64,000 nucleotides of DNA from a virus (IMGVR_UViG_3300028832_000112:1-64000), one strand, 5' to 3'. Counted from the stretch's first letter, positions 49,737-59,782 are shown. The notes: generated from the sequence alone by a model not told the origin. Translations and numbers: made by a program.

Positions 49737-51722
49737 ATGTGGAAATTCAAAACAAAAGGAACACTCCACATGTGTAATTATCCAGAAGAATCCTCACGTC
49801 CATTGTCCACGATGGAATGCCAGAACGCCTTTGACCAGCTCGTCTCTGAGACGGAACAGCCCAAGGCAGATGCTAACTATTCACCCGATCCTGAACGTAT
49901 TGCTGATATTACTAATCAGTACAAGCTGTTTGCAAAGACATTGGAACCGAAGAAGTCCGACGATATGACCGACAACGAGCCGCTGCGCATTGTCGAGCGC
50001 AAGCCTACCGCCGATCCCCACTTCGACGAGATCAAGTTCAACCGTGAACCGACATTTGCCGAAGTGAAGCAGATGTGCAGTGACGAAGGCATGTCTATCG
50101 CAGACGAGACGATTCCTACTCTCACCAAGGAAACAATCGAAAAGGCTACAGAAGCGTTTGACGACGTGCCGACGGACGAAGCTGTGGACGTAGATCTGGA
50201 CGAAGCTCCGGAAGAAGTCAACGAAGCTTCGAGCACCGAGTTCTTGGAAGAAGATGCGCCGGACGAAGGCGAAGAAGAACCCAATCCGGTCAAGGAAGCT
50301 TTCGCGAAGGTCGCCAAGGAAGTCGACCAGCAGCTGAAGGACGAATGCGAAGGCAACTGCATCAAGTGCGACAACCATTGCCACGACAAGGTTGATGTGA
50401 AGGTGCCGTCCGAAAACGACAAGTTCAGAGCGTCATGCGCGATTGAGTTCTTGCACAAAAAAGAAATTGGCCAAGACAATGTAGCTGACCACTTGGACGT
50501 TATTGACGATATCTATACGACGCTTACCGAAACACAGCTCAAGCTGGTAACGGATGAAGCTCCTTGGCTTACGGCGGTGTTCCAAGACGCCGATATTCGC
50601 AAGGCGGAACGCGAGAGCGCGGCGAGAAAAGAAGCCGAACTCGAAGCTGCCGATGAAAAGTCCAAGGCTCAAGCCGAACAGCTTACTAGCAAGCTCGAAG
50701 GAAAGACTGGCAACTGGGAAGCTGACGCACAGAAGGCCCAGTACGAGGCATGGACTGACCTAGTGAAGAAGTGGCCGACCTTGTCGAAGGATGTGCAAGA
50801 CGTTCTTGAACGCATCCCTGGGTTCACCGCATTCCGAAACTACACGCAGTCCCAGATGAATTCTGAAGCATTCAAGCAGAAGATCGACTACGATCCGGAA
50901 CAGACCGTGAAGGAAATGGCCAGAGCCCACGAGCTGGGAAACATTTCTGCCGCAGACGCCGCGAAGTTCATGGATGAACCAGACATGATCAGCAAGTTCG
51001 CTATGGGCAACAGTCCAGAATTCGACCAGCTGAACAAGGAACGCAACGAGTTCAGTACGAACAACTTCTCGAAGGCGACCAACATGTTCGAGAAGCTTCA
51101 GAATGACGGACATATTCCGCCGACGAACAAGGGTGCCGACCCTAGTCTGTTCTCAAATCAGACGTACCGCCAGTTCTGGAAGAATGCGCCTGAAGCTGAG
51201 CTCGGCAATACTCTTATCTTCGGCCCGACGCCTTGCATGTTCGATACGGTCAAGGACGGTAACGGTTTCGGAAAGGGTGACTGCACGGTTGGCGATATCT
51301 TTGAACAAGAATACGCTCGCTCCAGGAAGGTTAATGCTAGTCATCCGATCGTCCAGCCGAAGAAGCCGCTGACCCCGGAAGAGTCCTTGGCGAACCTCAT
51401 GACGGACTTGCCGAAGACGATGGTGAACAAGATTCTCGCCATTCCGAGTGACGACTGGAAGTTCAAGTTTGACGGTGAGGCGTTTGAACTTTGTTACAAT
51501 GTCGCTTCTCGTACAATCCGCTTGTCGATGTTCAAGAAGAAGCTGGTGGACAGCGACCACTTGGGTAGCGTGTTCTCGTTGAGCTTCGTCAACGATGGCC
51601 CCGGCAGCGTTCAGTACAACCGTTCTTTCAACGCATTGAAGGATATCTCCGCCGCTGGCCCCAACGCAAAGCGTCTTTACCAGTGGTTCGGTAAGATAAT
51701 TGCAACATTCTTCAGCAAATAA
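49737..51722 (+). CDS. Large acidic hypothetical protein
   Basis: 661-aa ORF; acidic low-complexity stretch and CEGNCIKCDNHC motif. Confidence 0.7.
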   Translation: MWKFKTKGTLHMCNYPEESSRPLSTMECQNAFDQLVSETEQPKADANYSPDPERIADITNQYKLFAKTLEPKKSDDMTDNEPLRIVERKPTADPHFDEIKFNREPTFAEVKQMCSDEGMSIADETIPTLTKETIEKATEAFDDVPTDEAVDVDLDEAPEEVNEASSTEFLEEDAPDEGEEEPNPVKEAFAKVAKEVDQQLKDECEGNCIKCDNHCHDKVDVKVPSENDKFRASCAIEFLHKKEIGQDNVADHLDVIDDIYTTLTETQLKLVTDEAPWLTAVFQDADIRKAERESAARKEAELEAADEKSKAQAEQLTSKLEGKTGNWEADAQKAQYEAWTDLVKKWPTLSKDVQDVLERIPGFTAFRNYTQSQMNSEAFKQKIDYDPEQTVKEMARAHELGNISAADAAKFMDEPDMISKFAMGNSPEFDQLNKERNEFSTNNFSKATNMFEKLQNDGHIPPTNKGADPSLFSNQTYRQFWKNAPEAELGNTLIFGPTPCMFDTVKDGNGFGKGDCTVGDIFEQEYARSRKVNASHPIVQPKKPLTPEESLANLMTDLPKTMVNKILAIPSDDWKFKFDGEAFELCYNVASRTIRLSMFKKKLVDSDHLGSVFSLSFVNDGPGSVQYNRSFNALKDISAAGPNAKRLYQWFGKIIATFFSK

Positions 51723-51777
51723 TGTAATTTAAAACATGGACGCGGTCTGTGGGAAGCCGTGTCCGGCATAGTGGAGT

Positions 51778-51812
51778 CGGCCACCGAGAGAAATCTTGGT
51801 GGCCGCTTTTTT
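51778..51812 (+). terminator. Intrinsic terminator
   Basis: cggccaccgaga-gaaa-tcttggtggccg-ctttttt. Confidence 0.85.
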
Positions 51813-51827
51813 GATAAACTGCGATTA
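51812..51827 (+). promoter_or_regulatory. Putative late promoter TGATAAACTGCGATTA
   Basis: Identical to the 16-mer at 28451-28466 (minus strand). Confidence 0.7.
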
Positions 51828-51847
51828 GCTTGAAACGATTGGCCACT

Positions 51848-53119
51848 ATGAACGAGATTGAACAGCTGAAAGAATTTTCGGCAATACTAGAATCCATCGA
51901 AATGCCGGAGCACTTGTCGACGGCGTTGATGGAAGCGTTCACGTTTACTCACCACGACTTTGTCATTCCGCCAGACCAGCCGCTGCCTCCAGAGATCGAG
52001 GCTGAAATTAAGCGTCGCTTGGAGAAGCTTGAACAAAAGAACAAGTCTTGGGGCATCCCGTTTGATCCGGTCGAGGCTCGCCGTAAACTGGAAACCCAAG
52101 CTCGAAAGTTCCCACAGAGTTTTTCGTTGGCTACTGACGCTGCGAAGAAAGGTCGTGAACGTTACGAGCAGTATTTGGACAACATCGTCGGCATGAACAT
52201 GCGCAACTCGTCCATCAGCGTACCGAATCCGCACGAAGCTCGCCAGAACTACTACAAGGCCGCAGTGGATGTCGTTGCGAGAACTTATCAGAAATATGGA
52301 ATTCCGTTCGACGCACAGAAGAATCTCGATTACGTTATGCGCCATGACCGTGACAGCGACCACCGCGAGTTCGACCGTACCACCGCGCAGAACCTCTCGT
52401 TCCCTACATTCGATGCGGCCAATACCAACAGAATCTTGAACATGCTCAAGCTTGAGAACTCCGCGCTCCGCACGGTGCTGCAGAAGTGCTACTGGTTCCT
52501 CGTAAACCTTCAGAAGGCCCAAGAGGAAGGTTCCGTCGGCGGATACTTGATGGTTCAGAAGATGAAGTATTCGACTGACGCTGTTCCTGAAGAAGCCAAG
52601 CCAGTCGCCAAGCTTACCGAGGAAGACCAAGCCGAGTTCGACCGCAAGGAAGCCGAACGCATCGCCAAGGAGAACGCTCCGAAGGGCTACCAGCCAGTCG
52701 CCTCTAGGGTGTCTTGCATCGGTGAACTCCGAAACGTGTTCAGCCGTCTTCCGTACTACAAGCTGTACCAGCGTTACGCCCAGTCCGCGAACCCAGCGCA
52801 GCTGGAGATGACTCCGAGACCGAACGAGAAGTTCTTCCAGTTCCTATGGCGAGTCAACCGTGGCGGCATTCCGGTAGGCGCTTTCGTAGACCACCTTGCG
52901 AAGGACATGAAGGCCGCATACCCAGAGATGGACTGGAACCGCACCCTCGAATACTACATGGACAAGGTAAAGGATTTCCGGGACTTCTCAAGGCTGTCGC
53001 AGCGCGATACCGAGAATGCATTGAAACAAGGTCTTATTACCCAAGACAATGCGGCGCTCTACAAGATCTGGTCGACCTTCCAATACATAAAGCAAGCGAA
53101 AGAAGAGCTCGGACGCTAG
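51848..53119 (+). CDS. Putative internal head protein
   Basis: N-terminal FSAILESIEMPEHLSTALMEAF; internal repeat (K.WGIPFD / KYGIPFD). Confidence 0.55.
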   Translation: MNEIEQLKEFSAILESIEMPEHLSTALMEAFTFTHHDFVIPPDQPLPPEIEAEIKRRLEKLEQKNKSWGIPFDPVEARRKLETQARKFPQSFSLATDAAKKGRERYEQYLDNIVGMNMRNSSISVPNPHEARQNYYKAAVDVVARTYQKYGIPFDAQKNLDYVMRHDRDSDHREFDRTTAQNLSFPTFDAANTNRILNMLKLENSALRTVLQKCYWFLVNLQKAQEEGSVGGYLMVQKMKYSTDAVPEEAKPVAKLTEEDQAEFDRKEAERIAKENAPKGYQPVASRVSCIGELRNVFSRLPYYKLYQRYAQSANPAQLEMTPRPNEKFFQFLWRVNRGGIPVGAFVDHLAKDMKAAYPEMDWNRTLEYYMDKVKDFRDFSRLSQRDTENALKQGLITQDNAALYKIWSTFQYIKQAKEELGR

Positions 53120-53126
53120 TCCTCGT

Positions 53127-53173
53127 TTGATTTTTGCTGAACTCCTTGCTATATTTATGGCAAGGAGTTTTTT
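53127..53173 (+). promoter_or_regulatory. Early promoter whose -10 and RBS lie inside a terminator-like hairpin
   Basis: TTGATT(53127)-N17-TATATT(53150); aactccttgct-N8-ggcaaggagtt-tttt. Confidence 0.7.
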
Positions 53174-53176
53174 ATT

Positions 53177-53347
53177 ATGAAAGTAATCATGCATCATCAG
53201 GTGACTGGCGGCGTCGAGAACGTCGACAAGTGGATCATGGAACAAGGACTTTCCTTGTCCGACGTCCAGATCGTGTTCATGTACAATCCGCGTGGAAGCC
53301 GCTACATGGTATTCTACGAAGCCGAAGTGGAAGACAAGAAGAAATGA
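53177..53347 (+). CDS. 56-aa hypothetical protein (not in the ORF track)
   Basis: MKVIMHHQVTGGVENVDKWIMEQG...EDKKK; AAGGAG RBS; ATGA overlap with the next gene. Confidence 0.7.
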   Translation: MKVIMHHQVTGGVENVDKWIMEQGLSLSDVQIVFMYNPRGSRYMVFYEAEVEDKKK

Positions 53348-53823
53348 GGAAATTGATGCCAGTCTTTTTCGCCGTCCTACTGGTGGTGTCCTTGGCCCGT
53401 GCGGTAAGGATGGTTAAAAAGATTGCCGCTGGCACGGCGGCTGGCATCGCTGACTTCTACTCCCAGATCAGCATAGCCGACAACTACTATGTCGGCGTTA
53501 TGGTAAATGCGTGGAGTAAAAACGGCCCGATTCGTGTCGCATATCTATGGCGAGAAACCGCCACTAGGGATCGGCAGCTCGCTGATAATGTCAAGAACTA
53601 TGTCGCTAGGCAGATTCCGTCGCTAAAGAGCGAACTGGTAGTCAAGAAGGCGTCACCAGTCAAGGATTCTGGCCGTGCGGATATGCATATAGGGTCGATG
53701 TCGATGACTCCGGGTGTAACCGCCCAAGAGAAATTTATGCTCAGGACGGCATCCGCCATATTGTCCGCTGGTAAGATACTGCGCGAGGCACTAAAGAGGA
53801 AACCGAAATGGGACGACTTGTAA
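53344..53823 (+). CDS. Hypothetical protein with N-terminal signal/TM segment
   Basis: MRKLMPVFFAVLLVVSLARA. Confidence 0.55.
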   Translation: MRKLMPVFFAVLLVVSLARAVRMVKKIAAGTAAGIADFYSQISIADNYYVGVMVNAWSKNGPIRVAYLWRETATRDRQLADNVKNYVARQIPSLKSELVVKKASPVKDSGRADMHIGSMSMTPGVTAQEKFMLRTASAILSAGKILREALKRKPKWDDL

Positions 53824-54494
53824 GCATGACATCGTGGCGTGGAAGAATCCACCGTGTCGCTGACACTGTGGCTACCATACGCGCACACGCGAAAAATGCG
53901 CACATCGTCCTTACTCTTGCCGAGGACGAGTTCGAAGGCGTCGGACTGCCTGAGCTGGGCGTGGACGAAGTCATCTGGTGCCCAAGGAACATAGGCCCAT
54001 TCAAGAAGGTGCTGTACACGATGCGGCGCTATCCCGGCTGTCCAGTGCTGTCGGTCGACGACGACATTAGTTACGGACAAGTTGTCGATGCAATGTATGG
54101 CATGCACGAACGATACCCAGATGATGTTGTCAGCAACTTCCCCAATGTCAAGACTGGCGGTATCAGTCTGCCAAACGGATACGCTACTCTGTATCCGCCG
54201 AACTGTCTGGACGGCGCACTGGAGCTTCTGACGGACAGAATTGTGGCGACCAAGAACGACGATGCGTTCTATGGGCTTATTTTAATGGAAAAAGGATACA
54301 AATTCCGTTACGCAATGCGCCACGATATTGCTATATTTGACAAAGACAACGACGGTTTGCACTTGCTGATGAAGTACCACGGCAACGAAGACATCAAGGT
54401 CATCGTATCCGAGCTGTACAAGTCAGGCAAGTTCAACCCGACCGACCCAACATTCATCAGCAAATACCCAAAGGAGAAATATGTCCTACAATAA
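53808..54494 (+). CDS. GT-A fold glycosyltransferase-like protein
   Basis: VSMTSW..RI, NIGPFKK, VLSVDDDI.Y (DxD), TLYPP, NDDAF. Confidence 0.75.
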   Translation: MGRLVSMTSWRGRIHRVADTVATIRAHAKNAHIVLTLAEDEFEGVGLPELGVDEVIWCPRNIGPFKKVLYTMRRYPGCPVLSVDDDISYGQVVDAMYGMHERYPDDVVSNFPNVKTGGISLPNGYATLYPPNCLDGALELLTDRIVATKNDDAFYGLILMEKGYKFRYAMRHDIAIFDKDNDGLHLLMKYHGNEDIKVIVSELYKSGKFNPTDPTFISKYPKEKYVLQ

Positions 54495-55320
54495 TTTCAA
54501 CATCGCCGTGTTCGAAAGCACGATGAAGAAAATCAATGACACGCCGTCCATCTACAAGGCGGTGGAAGCCGCTACGGCAGCCCAGAAGTATTACTTCGGC
54601 GACGCACCAGCACCCACGGTCGACCGTTTCGAAAAGCCGTGCGAACTCCGCTTGACGCGCAACCGCACCGTCGACGCTGGCCGCAAGGTGCTGAAGGACG
54701 ATCCGACCGCCAAGGTCGCCATTCTCAACTTCGCAAGCGCCACTCGACCGGGCGGCGGAGTCACCTCTGGTTCCTCTGCACAAGAAGAGTGCATCTGCCG
54801 CGTGTCTGGCCTCTACAAGTGCCTCACTACTCCGGAAGCCGTCAAGCGCTTCTACGACTACCACAAGACGAGCGTGGGCCCTCTGCACAACGATGACATC
54901 ATCTACACGCCGAACGTCCCCGTCTTGAAGACTGACGACTACGACTTCCTCGACGAGCCAGTCTACCTCGACGTGATCACTTGTGCAGCTCCTAACCTTC
55001 GCGAGAAGAACGTCTCCCAGTACAACCAAGAACGTGAACCCGCGCCGGACATTTCCGACGACGAACTCTACAAGCTCCACGTGAGCCGCGCTCGCCAGAT
55101 CCTCAACGTCGCTGCCGCCAACGGTGCGGACGTCGTTATCCTCGGTGCATTCGGCTGCGGTGCATTCCGCAACAAGCCGGAAGTCGTCGCCAAGGCTTAC
55201 GCCGACGTCGTGCCTGACTACCTCAAGCAGTTCAAGGCTATCGAGTTCGCCATCTTCTGTCCGAAGGGCAAGCCGACCGACAACTACGACGCCTTTAAGG
55301 CTGTCTTTGGGAGAAAGTAA
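54481..55320 (+). CDS. TIGR02452-family microbial PARG-like macrodomain protein
   Basis: LNFASATRPGGG...GSSAQEECICR, IYTPNV.V, VITCAAPN, ILGAFGCGAFRN. Confidence 0.9.
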   Translation: MSYNNFNIAVFESTMKKINDTPSIYKAVEAATAAQKYYFGDAPAPTVDRFEKPCELRLTRNRTVDAGRKVLKDDPTAKVAILNFASATRPGGGVTSGSSAQEECICRVSGLYKCLTTPEAVKRFYDYHKTSVGPLHNDDIIYTPNVPVLKTDDYDFLDEPVYLDVITCAAPNLREKNVSQYNQEREPAPDISDDELYKLHVSRARQILNVAAANGADVVILGAFGCGAFRNKPEVVAKAYADVVPDYLKQFKAIEFAIFCPKGKPTDNYDAFKAVFGRK

Positions 55321-55321
55321 T

Positions 55322-55774
55322 ATGGTCGAGTTCCATCCGATTGACATGTACTTGCATTGCATCGAGACTGCGCCGATATTCCTCAAGCTGTTCTTCATCG
55401 TTGGCGGTGCTTGTATCGTGCTTCTGCTTACTTCTTTGGCCCTCATGCTGATCAACATTGTTTTCGACTGTTTCTCCGTAGAACATTGCTGGGATCCGTT
55501 CAGGTTCGCCCATCTGGTGACAATCTTTCCAGTTATGCTTCTGTTCATCGTGTTCCGCTTCTACGTCCAGCGCCGCACTAAGATGACGTTCTACGTGTTC
55601 GCATTTACCCAATGGGAACGGCCAATCATCGAATGGCTTGGTTGGGGATTCTCGGAACATTACTGGACTGTTGAGTACCAGAACGCTTTCGGTGCCAAGT
55701 GGGAAGGCGCTGACCTCGATACGACCGTGTATCGCAGACCAGACGACGTAGGCGAAAAGACTATTTTTGATTGA
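55322..55774 (+). CDS. Membrane protein
   Basis: Two hydrophobic helices. Confidence 0.6.
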   Translation: MVEFHPIDMYLHCIETAPIFLKLFFIVGGACIVLLLTSLALMLINIVFDCFSVEHCWDPFRFAHLVTIFPVMLLFIVFRFYVQRRTKMTFYVFAFTQWERPIIEWLGWGFSEHYWTVEYQNAFGAKWEGADLDTTVYRRPDDVGEKTIFD

Positions 55775-55782
55775 GGTAGACA

Positions 55783-56577
55783 ATGAATATTACACTCCCC
55801 AAAGACCTTCAGAACACTACTGCCGTGTACAGCCATGTTCTGGATCTGTTCGACTCGATGGTTGCAGACCGAGCCGTTACTCTGTCCAAAACGGAAGAGT
55901 CTGTGACTCTGTTTGGCAAGGAACGCAAGTTTGTATTCAACATGGACTTCAGCGTAGAGCGCCGCGCCTCATTTCCGGTGCATCCAGAGGATGGCTTCAG
56001 TGGATCCCTTCCAGTCAGTTGTAGCATGCTGATGGAAGAATATGTCGCTAATTACGGCGACATTATCCAGCAAGCTATCGATTTTGTCGATCCGGACGGT
56101 GCTGGAAAGGTTCCTACAAGTGACCATGGCATCACCGAAGACGATATCCACAACTACCAGATCGACTGGAACAAGTGGCACGACACCGTCAAGGAATCCT
56201 TGGATGCGTTCGAGTTCGATAATGCCGCCGAGACTTGCAAGAAGCTTGGTCTGACTTGGTTCCAGGAATGTGACGAGGACGACCTCGAAGTGAAGGCTGG
56301 CTATCTTCGTGAAGACATCGAGCAGATTGTCGAGCGTCTGATTGCCTTGCACGAACTCAACTGGGACGGGAAGACTCTCGGCGAGGACGGCTACAAGATT
56401 TTCGACAAGTGTCACGCATATCGCGACACCGACGGGGAACTTTATGCCGGACTGAAGCTTCGCCAGACATCGAGCGAAAACTTCTTCGAGCCGCGCTTCG
56501 AAATCCGCTTGGTGAAATGCGAAAAGGACATTCCGTGGTTCAACATCAACCTGATTGCCGTAGGCCAGTTCTTTTAA
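55783..56577 (+). CDS. Hypothetical acidic protein
   Basis: GAGG RBS; 264 aa. Confidence 0.65.
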   Translation: MNITLPKDLQNTTAVYSHVLDLFDSMVADRAVTLSKTEESVTLFGKERKFVFNMDFSVERRASFPVHPEDGFSGSLPVSCSMLMEEYVANYGDIIQQAIDFVDPDGAGKVPTSDHGITEDDIHNYQIDWNKWHDTVKESLDAFEFDNAAETCKKLGLTWFQECDEDDLEVKAGYLREDIEQIVERLIALHELNWDGKTLGEDGYKIFDKCHAYRDTDGELYAGLKLRQTSSENFFEPRFEIRLVKCEKDIPWFNINLIAVGQFF

Positions 56578-56589
56578 AGGAGAGTATCT

Positions 56590-56934
56590 ATGACTCAAGT
56601 CCAATTCTACATGACTGTGCTTCAAGCGGTCAGCTTGATCCTTCTGTTATCTGCGGTACATGTATCCAACCTTTCCTTGAAGGAAGAAAACTTGGAGATG
56701 CGTCGTTTCCACTGTTTTGAAGTAATTTCGTTGGAAGCACTCGCAATCGCCGTGTCATTGATTTACACTATTGTAGAGTTCGCCGAAGGGTACATCGTAA
56801 TGCCGATTCTAGGTGTGCTAGAAATCGTGGCGGTGGCTGTCGGGATCTACTACATGGTTCGTTCGTATATCGGGTATGGCAAGACGATTGAGCTGATGAA
56901 GGAAGTTCCCAATGTCTCTAAGATGTCAAGCTGA
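56590..56934 (+). CDS. Membrane protein
   Basis: AAGGAG RBS; three hydrophobic helices. Confidence 0.65.
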   Translation: MTQVQFYMTVLQAVSLILLLSAVHVSNLSLKEENLEMRRFHCFEVISLEALAIAVSLIYTIVEFAEGYIVMPILGVLEIVAVAVGIYYMVRSYIGYGKTIELMKEVPNVSKMSS

Positions 56935-56935
56935 A

Positions 56936-57361
56936 ATGAACTGGTACGAGGTGGGCAAGGAAACGCCTCGTGAACATATCCTACTGTTTCTTGTTACCGA
57001 AGATGAGCCAGAAACTCTCTACACTGGTGTCTATACTGAAGGCGGGTTCCGTCTTAGTGGGCAACAGTGTGCGGTCTTGCCGCTTGCTGGCACGAAGTTC
57101 ACGCACTTTGCCTATGTGAATAGCAATATGCTGCCGAAGAACTGCAAGGAAGGCTGCGAAGGCAGCGGTTGGCACGTCACCAAGGACGATGTTCCTGAGA
57201 ACGACGAGCCAGTCGCCATCTATCCAAGCTTCCAAGGCCATCAGTTCGCCGTATGGAACAAGCACGAGCAGTGCTGGGATGACGAGTCTGGCGACGACTA
57301 CCTTTGCAAGAAAGACGAAGTCGCCAAGTGGTATCCAATCAACTGGGGAGGAGTCCTATGA
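56936..57361 (+). CDS. Protein with two DUF551-like repeats
   Basis: MNWYEVGKETP...FTHFAY and GWHVTKDDVPEND.PV...VAKWYPI. Confidence 0.55.
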   Translation: MNWYEVGKETPREHILLFLVTEDEPETLYTGVYTEGGFRLSGQQCAVLPLAGTKFTHFAYVNSNMLPKNCKEGCEGSGWHVTKDDVPENDEPVAIYPSFQGHQFAVWNKHEQCWDDESGDDYLCKKDEVAKWYPINWGGVL

Positions 57362-57708
57362 TGTTTTTGTCTGGATTGGCCGGGTTCGCCTTGGCTTGGA
57401 TTATCGTCGGTATAGTGCATGCGGTAAAGACTCGCAAGAGTAAGAAACGGTACGAGTGGCTTGCCGAGGTCGACGGCGTTACGTTCGTGATCGATACGTA
57501 TGTGGTTGAATTGCTGTCCAAGGGTACTTTCGACGACTACTGCGACCGCCGCATCATCTTGAACAACATGCTGCAGTATTGCTATGGCATGATGGATGGC
57601 GGATGGAAGTCCGAGCATAAGGAAAAGGCGGCTCGTTGTGGCATAACCGTCGATACGGAGAACGAATCGCTCTCGTTCACGCTTTCGCCGTTGAATTTGT
57701 CTGAATAA
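57358..57708 (+). CDS. Membrane-anchored hypothetical protein
   Basis: GGAGGAG RBS; N-terminal TM. Confidence 0.6.
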   Translation: MMFLSGLAGFALAWIIVGIVHAVKTRKSKKRYEWLAEVDGVTFVIDTYVVELLSKGTFDDYCDRRIILNNMLQYCYGMMDGGWKSEHKEKAARCGITVDTENESLSFTLSPLNLSE

Positions 57709-57727
57709 TATTTCGTCTCATAATAGG

Positions 57728-57756
57728 AAAGGGCCGGACAATGTCCGACCCTTTTT
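57728..57756. terminator. Bidirectional terminator
   Basis: aaagggccggaca-a-tgtccgaccctttt between convergent genes. Confidence 0.7.
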
Positions 57757-57774
57757 GTTTGATTCAAGAAGAAC

Positions 57775-58533
57775 TTACTTGAGATAACTCGACAAGAACT
57801 CGTTGTGTTCTTGTTCGATCTTGATGGTTTCGTTGTTCTGGTCGATCATCTTCTGGATTTCTTCCTTGTCGTATTCGAGGAAGGATTCTTCGATGAAGCG
57901 AGCAATAAAGCGGTCGATGGCGTCGCCGTCGAAATCTTCGATCTTGTCGGCAGTGAGAACCAGAAGTCCGTCGCAGATGTCCAAGTTCGTCGGATAGATG
58001 TCGATCGAGTAGACGAACTTGCGCATGTACTCGTTGTAGATAAGCGATTCGTACAACGATACCTTGTTGTAGTCTTTGGACATGTAGTCACCGAGCTTGG
58101 GGCTGCGTACGCAAAGTTCGGTCTCGTTGCTGTAGACCTTGTCGGAGAACCCGGCTTCCGGCTTGACGATGAACGGCATCTTCATGAAGTAGTTGGTGCC
58201 CTTGACTGGACGGAATCCGCCCTTGTTGTAGATGGACTGTCTGGTCTGCTCGTAGCATTCTTGCGTGTGCTTGCGCTTGGCGTCCATTTCTTCCTTCAGC
58301 TTGCCTTCCTTAGCCAGTTCGATCTTGTGTTCGATGTCGTTCACGATTTTGATCATTTCGGCCTCGTACTTGGCCTTCCATGTCTTCTCGCGCCAGAGGA
58401 AAAAGACCTCGTAAAGTTCGGAACAGACAGTGGAACAGCGGATAGCCGTGTCCATTCCCCATTGTCCGTCGGCGGCTCGTTCGTTGCACCATGCGCTGAA
58501 CTGCTTGAAGGTCATTGATTCGTATTTGCTCAT
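57775..58533 (-). CDS. Hypothetical protein
   Basis: MTFKQFSAWCNERAADGQWG N-terminal domain; AAGGAG RBS. Confidence 0.7.
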   Translation of the reverse strand: MSKYESMTFKQFSAWCNERAADGQWGMDTAIRCSTVCSELYEVFFLWREKTWKAKYEAEMIKIVNDIEHKIELAKEGKLKEEMDAKRKHTQECYEQTRQSIYNKGGFRPVKGTNYFMKMPFIVKPEAGFSDKVYSNETELCVRSPKLGDYMSKDYNKVSLYESLIYNEYMRKFVYSIDIYPTNLDICDGLLVLTADKIEDFDGDAIDRFIARFIEESFLEYDKEEIQKMIDQNNETIKIEQEHNEFLSSYLK

Positions 58534-59261
58534 TTGTTAGTCTCCTTGACTTTGTTGGGTTTCTTTTGGGCGAGTTTCTTCTTCGGCTTTTCGATGGCAT
58601 GCAGCTGCTCGTAGATTTCGTGGAGGAATCCCTTGATGGTATCCACGCAGCTCTGCTCGGTCATTAGGCCGAACTCCAGCGTAGTCGCGGTCTCGTCGCT
58701 GGAAAGGATGAAGTGCGAAGGGTCGTCGAGGTCGCGGAAGTGTATTCCGCGCAGCGATGTCTTGTAGGTGAACTGCGCCACGCCGCTGTGCGAATATGCG
58801 GCGAATGCGTCGCTGTTGCGCTGCATGTAGTTCGGATAAAGACCTTGGATGAAAAGACGGTCGTTGATGATTTCTACGGAAGTGACTACTCCGAAGAACG
58901 ACTTGCCGACGTTGAACGAGAACTTGACTGTCTTTCCGATGCCGTTGTCCTTGAGGTACTTCAGCTTGCCTTCAATGAACGCCTTTGCGGCCTTGTCAGC
59001 TTGCTCGATGGCCAAGTCGGAGATACGGCTGTCAAGCAAGGACAGCGTATTGGTTAGTTTGTCCTTGAGTATCTTCAGTCGTTCAAGGTCTAGTTCGCCA
59101 GTGCCTTCGGACAAGATGTTGTCGACGTTGCTCACCCAAGTAGTGGCGAGCTTTCCGTTGGCCATGGGGAACACGACCATTCCGTCGTCGCGCTGGATTT
59201 CCTTCCTCGCGTGTACCCGCTTGCCGAGTCTAACTGTTTTCTGTTTCGAGACTTGAGCCAC
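58530..59261 (-). CDS. Hypothetical protein
   Basis: GTG start with GGAGG RBS; ATGA overlap with the next gene. Confidence 0.6.
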   Translation of the reverse strand: MAQVSKQKTVRLGKRVHARKEIQRDDGMVVFPMANGKLATTWVSNVDNILSEGTGELDLERLKILKDKLTNTLSLLDSRISDLAIEQADKAAKAFIEGKLKYLKDNGIGKTVKFSFNVGKSFFGVVTSVEIINDRLFIQGLYPNYMQRNSDAFAAYSHSGVAQFTYKTSLRGIHFRDLDDPSHFILSSDETATTLEFGLMTEQSCVDTIKGFLHEIYEQLHAIEKPKKKLAQKKPNKVKETNK

Positions 59262-59299
59262 GTTGCATGCCTCCAAGTTAGTAAAGTTTAATTTGCATT

Positions 59300-59695
59300 T
59301 CAACCGAAGAAGGCGAGTAATGCGCCCACGCCGCAGCCAATCAGGAATGCGATGATGTACTGTCCGATATTCTTCCAGTCGAGCTTTTGTTTGTACGGCT
59401 CGGCTTCGTCACCAGCTCCCCAGTAGTCGAACGCGAGGATGACGCCGTCTGGGTTAGGGCCTTGCGCGACGATGGTCTGCACGGCAAATTCCATATCGTC
59501 CGCCGAGAAAGTCGCCTCGAAGATTTCATTCAACCAGCCAGCCTCGTCTTCGTGTGACTTGTTAAGAATGTCTTCGATCTGCGGAATGACTTGCGTACGG
59601 AACGCTGGTATTGCACGAGAAACGCCGGGTGTGGATTCGGCGTCGTCGATAAGGGTCGCGGTCTTTTTCTTGGGGTCGATTTTTACTTTCAGCAT
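59300..59695 (-). CDS. Hypothetical protein with C-terminal TM anchor
   Basis: GAGGA RBS before ATG 59695; the longer start in the track runs through promoter DNA. Confidence 0.65.
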   Translation of the reverse strand: MLKVKIDPKKKTATLIDDAESTPGVSRAIPAFRTQVIPQIEDILNKSHEDEAGWLNEIFEATFSADDMEFAVQTIVAQGPNPDGVILAFDYWGAGDEAEPYKQKLDWKNIGQYIIAFLIGCGVGALLAFFG

Positions 59696-59719
59696 AAGTG
59701 TCCTCGATAATTTGACCGA

Positions 59720-59782
59720 AATATAGCAATATAACGAAATTATGGCAAACGCATTGCCAACATTTTGCAATATTGCTATATT
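59720..59782. promoter_or_regulatory. Back-to-back divergent early promoters
   Basis: Minus strand TTGCCA(59748)-N17-TATATT(59725); plus strand TTGCCA(59754)-N17-TATATT(59777). Confidence 0.8.

Noticed and set aside
51736-51812. HDV-like or hammerhead ribozyme, or tracrRNA
   Set aside because: The loop is too short for HDV P2/P3, there is no CUGANGA/GAAA core arrangement, and there is no anti-repeat or Cas gene.
53134-53343. N-terminal part of track ORF 53134-53823
   Set aside because: It runs through promoter DNA and overlaps the better-supported 53177-53347 gene in another frame; the true start is probably 53344.
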